Source: a virus
Virus record (IMG/VR): IMGVR_UViG_3300045988_145476
Strand: one strand, 5' to 3'
Length of the DNA stretch: 64,000 nt
Part shown: one piece after another, positions 58,529 to 64,000 of the stretch
How the letters are laid out: the number at the start of each line of letters is the position of its first letter
How positions within the stretch are numbered: the stretch's first letter is position 1
Notes under the pieces: generated by a model
Database searches by the model: none
The model's input: the letters and a program-made list of their open reading frames with translations, nothing else
Told to the model about the DNA's origin: nothing
Position numbers and translations under genes: made by a program

Positions 58529-58943
58529 TTTGGCATTCGCACAAGTAAGATTTGACTTATTACCTCGGAACGTGTACAAAGTTCTCGGCCATACCGACCG
58601 GACATCCTTTGAAGCTATCGTAGGGGAACCAGTCGGTGAGGAGAACGGGTGTATCGTCTATGAAGTCGAATCGGCTTACGATAACATGGTAACGGCTATC
58701 CGCTGTACCTACAAGAATGACACCCTTGTAGCCATTACATTCGGCACCGCATATTATTCTGCGTACTGGCTTGGCATGGTTACACTAAAATCTCCGCACA
58801 AGACACAGCGTACTTTCCGTGAAAATGAGTACGGACAGAGAACCGCCATTTATTCTTGGAACGGTAAGTTCGGCTGTAACATTCTTGGAATAAAACAAGA
58901 CTCCGAACGCTCTACGGCAATCATCAATTACTTTTTAAAATGA
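58485..58943 (+). CDS. secreted protein with N-terminal signal peptide
   Basis: MKRLTFTLAILMFANLAFAQ is a typical Sec signal peptide. Confidence 0.55.
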   Translation: MKRLTFTLAILMFANLAFAQVRFDLLPRNVYKVLGHTDRTSFEAIVGEPVGEENGCIVYEVESAYDNMVTAIRCTYKNDTLVAITFGTAYYSAYWLGMVTLKSPHKTQRTFRENEYGQRTAIYSWNGKFGCNILGIKQDSERSTAIINYFLK

Positions 58944-59051
58944 TAACGCTCGGAATTATCTTCGTGATATGTGCTTGCTGCACGAAACGAACCTTTTGGA
59001 AATGCGTGTTTTGGACACTCGCTATATTATCAGTATTTTAAAACAGTAATT

Positions 59052-59360
59052 ATGGAACTTAGAAGTACAAACGTTCAACGGATTTGGAAAGAAACTGTTC
59101 TCTGTGTTATCGGAGAAGACCTCGGTATCAATAAACAAAAGTTCGAGGAGAATAAAAGTAATATTAAATCAATGCTCTCGCAGATTAAGACCGAAGACGG
59201 TTATGCGTATTGTTGCGGTTGCCACATACGGACTGACGGTGAACAATGGACACCTTACATTCAGATAATCGAAATGCTTCTTCGTATGGGAAAGAAAATC
59301 GGTTGCATAAAATATGTCGGAGCATTGAAAGAACATACATTAATTAAAATCATACTATAA
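59052..59360 (+). CDS. hypothetical protein
   Basis: ATG 59052 within the track ORF (the track start is GTG). Confidence 0.4.
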   Translation: MELRSTNVQRIWKETVLCVIGEDLGINKQKFEENKSNIKSMLSQIKTEDGYAYCCGCHIRTDGEQWTPYIQIIEMLLRMGKKIGCIKYVGALKEHTLIKIIL

Positions 59361-59644
59361 TGGCAAAGATAAACAGACCTAAAGGAACACCCATTGAACT
59401 TGCGGCCATACGCAAGCGTTTACGGGAAGTAGTGATTGATAAATATGGAAGTATCCCTAAATTCCTGCGTACTGACGAGGGAATTAAACTTGGCGGTATG
59501 CGTATAAAGCCTTGTTTCTACGATAAGGGTACGGTTAGTATATCTGTATTAAATAACCTTTGTCAGTATTTCGGCATCGGTGAATTAACTCGAAAAGTTC
59601 GCATTATACGAACGGTTGATTATTTCCTGAATACTCCTATTTAA
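59360..59644 (+). CDS. hypothetical protein (possible HTH)
   Basis: 94-aa ORF. ...VSISVLNNLCQYFGIGEL weakly resembles the end of a Cro/CI-type HTH. Confidence 0.4.
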   Translation: MAKINRPKGTPIELAAIRKRLREVVIDKYGSIPKFLRTDEGIKLGGMRIKPCFYDKGTVSISVLNNLCQYFGIGELTRKVRIIRTVDYFLNTPI

Positions 59645-59698
59645 TAACCTAAAAAGTTCCGCAAATCGCCCGAAAATGCGTGTTTTTTATGCTAAATT

Positions 59699-59752
59699 TC
59701 CTACACCGTTACGACTTATGAAAGTTTTTTCTATCTTTGTAACGGTGTAGGA
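59699..59752. promoter_or_regulatory. 14-bp perfect inverted repeat bracketing a -7-like box (operator or structured leader)
   Basis: TCCTACACCGTTAC (59699-59712) and GTAACGGTGTAGGA (59739-59752) are separated by 26 nt containing TATCTTTG (59732-59739). 29 nt upstream of ATG 59781. Confidence 0.6.
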
Positions 59753-59780
59753 TTTAATCTATTAGCTAATAGTATTTCGT

Positions 59781-60251
59781 ATGAAAAAAGAGAAAACAAT
59801 TAAAACCTATCAGCGTCGCACGAAAACCGGAAAGACTGTGACGGTGAGAGCGCATAAATCTTCCTACGAGGCTGGTAACGGTAAACGTGATACTGTGAAG
59901 ACCCGTTCCAAGAAAAATGCGGGCGTTGAATTTGAGAAGCGTACTTCCATGCCCGACCCTAAATTGTCGGCAAAGGATTATTTGGATGCCTTGAAAAAAC
60001 GACAGGCTGATTTACGTAAAGAGAAAATCAAAAAGACCAAACGCCCAGTCAACGGTAGCATTACTGGTCTTGAACCGAAAAAGAAATCTCCTGCAAAAAA
60101 GAAGGGTGCTTCTCGTAGAGAAAAACCATCTGAAAAAAATGCGAAGAAACTTATATATAGTTCAAGCTCGGATGTGTATAAGAGAGATAGTAAGGGAGAA
60201 CTTATTAAAGTTGGAAAATGGGATGGTAAGAAACCCTCTGTAAAAAAGTAA
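59781..60251 (+). CDS. Lys-rich basic protein, paralogue 1
   Basis: MKKEKTIKTYQRRTKTGKTVTVRAHKSSYEAG...MPDPKLSAKDYLDALKK. About 30% K+R. Confidence 0.6.
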   Translation: MKKEKTIKTYQRRTKTGKTVTVRAHKSSYEAGNGKRDTVKTRSKKNAGVEFEKRTSMPDPKLSAKDYLDALKKRQADLRKEKIKKTKRPVNGSITGLEPKKKSPAKKKGASRREKPSEKNAKKLIYSSSSDVYKRDSKGELIKVGKWDGKKPSVKK

Positions 60252-60255
60252 CGCT

Positions 60256-61167
60256 ATGAAAAAGGAAAAACAAGTCAAATCATATCAACGCAGAACCAAG
60301 TCGGGTAAAGTGGTTACTGTAAAAGCCCATACTGCAAAGTATGATGCTGCTGAAAAAGCTAAGGAAGCTGCCAAGAAAAAAGGTGCTGGTAAAGAACTTG
60401 AGGATAAGTTCGGTAAAAAGAAAATGCCTGACCCTAATCTTTCTATGAATGAATACCTTGATGAATTGAAGAAAGGAAAAAAATCTGGGTCTAATGAGGT
60501 GGCTAATGAGGACGAGAAAACTCAACGTAGTGGTCTTTCATCTTTGGAAAAGAAACTTACCTCTAAGGAGAGTAAGCTTAAAGAGTTAAAGAACTCCCAT
60601 TCTACTATGAAACGGAGTGACCCCAAAAAGTTGGCACTCGCTAAGAAAATCCAAAAATTGCAGTCTGATATTATTGAGACTAAGAGTGCTGTGGCTTCAC
60701 AAAGAAAGGTTGTTACAGACCTGAATACTTCAAAGTCTAAAAAACGCTCTGAGGGTGAAGGTGCTTCTATGGTTGAACATAATGGGAAGCAGTATTTTGT
60801 CAATTTTAAGACTGGTAAGGTTGAAACTTCTTCTGGAAAACCTATTAGTAGTAATGGAGCTATCGCAAAAGCAATTTTATCTAAACATAAGGAGAACCGT
60901 GTTACTCCTAAAGATAAGAAACCTATGGTACAAACTACCAAGAGTTCTGCTAAACCGACATCTTCTGGACAGGCATTTACGGCCGCTGAATTTAAAGAAT
61001 GGTATCGTGGTACAGGAAGTGCTGCCGATAAAAAAGTCGCTAAAGCACTCCGTTCGCAATTAGGACGTTCCGGATACCGTAAATTTGAAGACGAAGCCAT
61101 TAACAATTATTCCTCAAGAGGACATTTGTCGATGTTCAAGAGAATAGGAGCAAATATCGAAAAATAA
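60256..61167 (+). CDS. Lys-rich basic protein, paralogue 2
   Basis: MKKEKQVKSYQRRTKSGKVVTVKAHTAKYDAA...MPDPNLSMNEYLDELKK. The N-terminal ~70 aa are collinear with paralogue 1. Confidence 0.6.
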   Translation: MKKEKQVKSYQRRTKSGKVVTVKAHTAKYDAAEKAKEAAKKKGAGKELEDKFGKKKMPDPNLSMNEYLDELKKGKKSGSNEVANEDEKTQRSGLSSLEKKLTSKESKLKELKNSHSTMKRSDPKKLALAKKIQKLQSDIIETKSAVASQRKVVTDLNTSKSKKRSEGEGASMVEHNGKQYFVNFKTGKVETSSGKPISSNGAIAKAILSKHKENRVTPKDKKPMVQTTKSSAKPTSSGQAFTAAEFKEWYRGTGSAADKKVAKALRSQLGRSGYRKFEDEAINNYSSRGHLSMFKRIGANIEK

Positions 61168-61187
61168 AATTCAAAAGGTATAATATT

Positions 61188-61559
61188 ATGTCAATACAAG
61201 TAAAGTCCTACACATATAAGCGTAATGGGAAAACTATTGTTGTGAAAGGATATACAAGAAAAGGAAATTCTGCACAGAGTAAATCTCCTCGTAGTAGAAA
61301 AGGAGCAGGAGGTGAACTTAAAGACAGGGTTTTGCCTAAAATTAGGTATAATTCTCTGCACGCTATGGAAGATTATCCTTCAACAAATGCTCCACAAAGC
61401 CGTCATGGACAAAATTCAAAGGCTGATTGGGAGGGTTATGTAGCTCGTTTACAAAAGGCGATTAGTATGGAAAACTTACATGGAGGTAGTAAGGAAAGAA
61501 TTACTAAGCTAAAGGGTAAACTTCGCAGTGCAGAGAAAAAAGTAAGGACTTGGAAATGA
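61188..61559 (+). CDS. Lys-rich basic protein, paralogue 3
   Basis: MSIQVKSYTYKRNGKTIVVKGYTRKGNSA...KGAGGELKD shares the N-terminal motif. Confidence 0.55.
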   Translation: MSIQVKSYTYKRNGKTIVVKGYTRKGNSAQSKSPRSRKGAGGELKDRVLPKIRYNSLHAMEDYPSTNAPQSRHGQNSKADWEGYVARLQKAISMENLHGGSKERITKLKGKLRSAEKKVRTWK

Positions 61560-61604
61560 CCGTCAATGCTATTTAGGTAATTCAAATTAAATTTTTATCT
61601 TTGC

Positions 61605-61640
61605 AGGTGAACATCAGTAAAATGGTGTTCACCTATTTTT
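61605..61640 (+). terminator. rho-independent terminator
   Basis: AGGTGAACA (61605-61613) / TGTTCACCT (61626-61634) 9-bp stem, 12-nt loop, T5 run 61636-61640. Confidence 0.65.
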
Positions 61641-61661
61641 GCGTCTAAAGCGTAGTAAGGT

Positions 61662-61874
61662 ATGAATATATCTTCGTCAAATATCAGAACGGCTGACTAT
61701 GATAGAAAATCACGGACGTTGACTATGGTCTTTATCAATAGACCCCGATGGGTATATACCTATTATAATGTCCCCCCTACTGTATGGACACGTTTTTTAC
61801 AGTCAAACAGTAAAGGACAATATTTTTCTGCCGCTATCCGAGACATTTACCAGTATTCGAGAACAATCAAGTAA
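61662..61874 (+). CDS. KTSC-domain protein
   Basis: SSNIRTADYDRKSRTLTMVFINRPRWVYTYYNVPPTVWTRFLQSNSKGQYFSAAIRDIYQY matches the KTSC pattern. Confidence 0.7.
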   Translation: MNISSSNIRTADYDRKSRTLTMVFINRPRWVYTYYNVPPTVWTRFLQSNSKGQYFSAAIRDIYQYSRTIK

Positions 61875-61891
61875 CTTAAATATCAAAGACT

Positions 61892-62428
61892 ATGGCTACA
61901 ATTACAAGAGCGTTTGAGTTCGACGCAGCACATCGTGTAATGAATGAGAAAGTAAAATGCTTCAATTTGCACGGGCACCGTTTTAAAGTGGAAATGACTT
62001 TTGAGTATAACTCCAAGAGTCTTCTTGGATACGCTATTGACTTTAAGGAGATAAAGCGTATTGCCTGCGGATATATTGATGAACATTTAGACCACGCTTG
62101 CCTACTTAACCCCGAAGATACCGAGCTTATTGAGCTGTGCAGAAAACAAAACTGGCGTCTGTGGGTTATGGGAATGGGTGTGTATGGTGACATCAACCCG
62201 TCTGCGGAGAATATTGCTTCCGAGCTTTTCTATATTATCAGACAGTTATTCATTAATGAGCCTTGCGGTTTGCGTCTTACAAACTTACGGCTGTATGAGA
62301 CACCGAATTGCTGGGTTGATTGTTCCCGCATTGATTATGTGGCTACAAATATGTTCCTTGAGAATCTTGGTACATGGAGAAAACAAAAGGGTTCAATGAA
62401 GTACGACATAAGAGAAGACCATGAGTAA
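61892..62428 (+). CDS. queD: 6-carboxy-5,6,7,8-tetrahydropterin synthase QueD
   Basis: FEFDAAHRV...CFNLHGHRFKVEMTF (PTPS/QueD His triad and catalytic region). Confidence 0.85.
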   Translation: MATITRAFEFDAAHRVMNEKVKCFNLHGHRFKVEMTFEYNSKSLLGYAIDFKEIKRIACGYIDEHLDHACLLNPEDTELIELCRKQNWRLWVMGMGVYGDINPSAENIASELFYIIRQLFINEPCGLRLTNLRLYETPNCWVDCSRIDYVATNMFLENLGTWRKQKGSMKYDIREDHE

Positions 62429-64000
62429 AAAGAAAAAAATAACGCCTAAAGAAGAAGGATACGTATTTCCTACCGAGGGTGGTAGAATCGAAGACATCCA
62501 CACCGAAGAACTTGCGGGTAAATCGGTATCGTTTGACGCACACGAAATCACTTCCAAGATTATAGAGTTCGGTAAAATACTTACCGGACTTTCTTTGTAT
62601 AAATACCAAGAAGAAGCGGTGTATGCGATTATTTATTCTATCATAACTTTTTCCGGCGATGTGAAAACAATGCTTTTCAGTCGTCAATCAGGTAAATCGG
62701 AAGCTATGGCTTTTGTTATTGATACGCTTACCGTATTACTTCCGGCCCTTGCCAAAGTGATACCCGATTTGGAGCAATTCTCCAGCGGTTTCCGTATCGG
62801 ATTGTTTGCTCCGCAATCAGACCAAGTTGTTACTACCTATTCTCGTGCAATGACCCGTATAAATTCGGCTAATGCGGAGATGGTTCTTAGTGACCCAGAT
62901 ATTGACGTGTACTTAGAAAGTTCCGCCCGTCTTGAACTTTCAAACGGTTCTTATCTTGCCGGACAGGTTGCGAGTAAACAGTCCAAGATTGAATCAAAGA
63001 CGTATGATTTGGTAATAGTCGAAGAGGCACAGGACGTTGACGACCTTATTGTTCAGAAATGTTATGCTGAGGATACTTTAATAAATTTGCCCTATGGAGA
63101 TTATGCCACTATTAAAGATGTGGTTGAGAGAAAACTTCCCGTGTTAACTCCAGAGGGAAAAATGAAACCGTCTGCATGGCATAATACGGGTGTTCAGGGT
63201 GTTTATAAAATCACATTATGCAACGGCAGGGAGCTTGAAGTAACTTCTCAACATAGACACTTGGTTAGACGTAGGAATGTTAAGGAGTCTTTTGAACTTC
63301 ATACAGATAAACTAAAAGTTGGTGATAGACTTGCTGTTCCCGATTTTATTCCGACATTCGGACATTATGGTGACTATTCTATGGGAGTAGTTATCGGTTT
63401 TTTGCTTGGTGACAGATGCTTTAGCGGAAGTCAAGTGCAGTTCTGCGGTTTTGAAGAAGTTTGGAATTTCGTTTCCCCTCATGTGGAAAAACTCGGCTGT
63501 GTTGCTTTTACCAATTGCTTTAATAAAAACGGTTTATATGAGGGTACTTTCCGAAACGTTGATGGAAAAAATACTCCTAATAAAATAATTGGTCTTTTGA
63601 AAGATTTAGGTCTTTGGGGATTAAAAGGAGAGAATAAGTTTATACCTAATTTACCCTACTCTAAAGAGTTTCTTGTAGGCCTTATTTGCGGACTATTTGA
63701 AAGTGATGGAAGTGTACAGGCTCTTAAAAAGGGTAACATACGATATGCGTCAATTTCTAAGAAGTTGGTTTATGGTTTAAGCCTTCAATTGCAAAAGTTT
63801 GGAATACACTGCTCTATATCTGTAAAGAGTAACATTGGTAAAGGAGTGTATGAAAATACCAAGCCCTTATATGAATTGCATATTAGGGATAACATTTCGG
63901 TTATACGTTTTTGTGAGAATTTTCGCCTTGTAACAAAAAATGAGAAGCTCGATAAGGCTAAGTTAATTGCTGAAAGAATTAATAAGAAAGCCGGAGCTAC
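62421..64000 (+). CDS. terL: terminase large subunit (partial; continues beyond the window), interrupted by an intein
   Basis: Not in the ORF track because no stop is reached. My translation from ATG 62421 is open to the window end. Walker A LFSRQSGKSEA; Walker B YDLVIVEEAQD. Overlaps queD by 8 nt. Confidence 0.8.
   Translation, partial: MSKKKKITPKEEGYVFPTEGGRIEDIHTEELAGKSVSFDAHEITSKIIEFGKILTGLSLYKYQEEAVYAIIYSIITFSGDVKTMLFSRQSGKSEAMAFVIDTLTVLLPALAKVIPDLEQFSSGFRIGLFAPQSDQVVTTYSRAMTRINSANAEMVLSDPDIDVYLESSARLELSNGSYLAGQVASKQSKIESKTYDLVIVEEAQDVDDLIVQKCYAEDTLINLPYGDYATIKDVVERKLPVLTPEGKMKPSAWHNTGVQGVYKITLCNGRELEVTSQHRHLVRRRNVKESFELHTDKLKVGDRLAVPDFIPTFGHYGDYSMGVVIGFLLGDRCFSGSQVQFCGFEEVWNFVSPHVEKLGCVAFTNCFNKNGLYEGTFRNVDGKNTPNKIIGLLKDLGLWGLKGENKFIPNLPYSKEFLVGLICGLFESDGSVQALKKGNIRYASISKKLVYGLSLQLQKFGIHCSISVKSNIGKGVYENTKPLYELHIRDNISVIRFCENFRLVTKNEKLDKAKLIAERINKKAGA
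63060..64000 (+). mobile_element. intein with LAGLIDADG homing-endonuclease domain in TerL (C-terminal end outside the window)
   Basis: After ...DDLIVQK the sequence switches to CYAEDTLINLPYGDY (Cys codon 63060-63062). Hint-like block ITLCNGRELEVTSQHRHLV. LAGLIDADG blocks VIGFLLGDRCF and LICGLFESDGSV. Confidence 0.7.

Noticed and set aside
61596-61603. TATCTTTG box as a promoter for the KTSC gene.
   Set aside because: It has no acceptable -33 element at 18-21 nt. It is immediately followed by the 9-bp stem and T5 terminator (61605-61640), which more plausibly ends the Lys-rich paralogue operon. The box is probably fortuitous.
390-64000. Stop-codon reassignment (TAG or TGA recoding), as reported for some crAss-like phages.
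   Set aside because: Under the standard code the window gives long uninterrupted ORFs with intact conserved motifs (polymerase, helicases, TerL N-terminus). In-frame stops are not seen inside recognisable domains. The two frame disruptions found are frameshifts, not in-frame stops.

Overview
This 64-kb window looks like part of a large dsDNA phage of a Bacteroidota host. It is most consistent with a crAss-like (Crassvirales-type) genome. That assignment is an inference from three things: 12 Bacteroides-type -33 TTTG / -7 TAnnTTTG promoters, near absence of Shine-Dalgarno sequences, and gene content. No database search was possible.

About 125 tightly packed genes are present, and all but one (a LuxR-type regulator) are on the + strand.

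- **1-23.5 kb, replication and recombination module:** an SF2 helicase whose P-loop is split by a LAGLIDADG intein, HU, a DnaC-like loader, a DnaB-like helicase, a DnaG-like primase, an SSB-like protein, a family A DNA polymerase, a RecA-like protein, a MoxR ATPase paired with a VWA/HExxH protein, a Cas4-like nuclease, and an HNH endonuclease fused to a small nuclease.
- **23.5-28 kb:** a SpoVS-like protein, a 36-aa basic micro-protein, and the core 7-deazaguanine (preQ0) DNA-modification genes QueC, DpdA-like and QueE. FolE lies at 45.4 kb and QueD at 61.9 kb.
- **28.9-31.8 kb:** a divergent LuxR / DnaA-C-like HTH node in front of an operon of small proteins with cysteine clusters.
- **32-50 kb:** many small accessory ORFs, including a Tad2-like DUF2829 fusion, YopX, GNAT, MazG-like and an ECF sigma factor. 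The ECF sigma gene sits just upstream of an AT-rich LamG / tail-fibre-like cassette that carries a G5 frameshift site and a G10 tract.
- **50.7 kb:** Dps, followed by a 2,048-nt ORF-free, repeat-dense region (51.2-53.2 kb).
- **53.2-64 kb:** a second gene block with a type IB topoisomerase, three tandem Lys-rich paralogues, a KTSC protein and QueD. It ends in the large terminase, which is interrupted by a second LAGLIDADG intein that runs off the window.

No rRNA, tRNA, CRISPR array, integrase, reverse transcriptase or stop-codon recoding was seen. All function calls rest on motifs recognised by eye in the translations.
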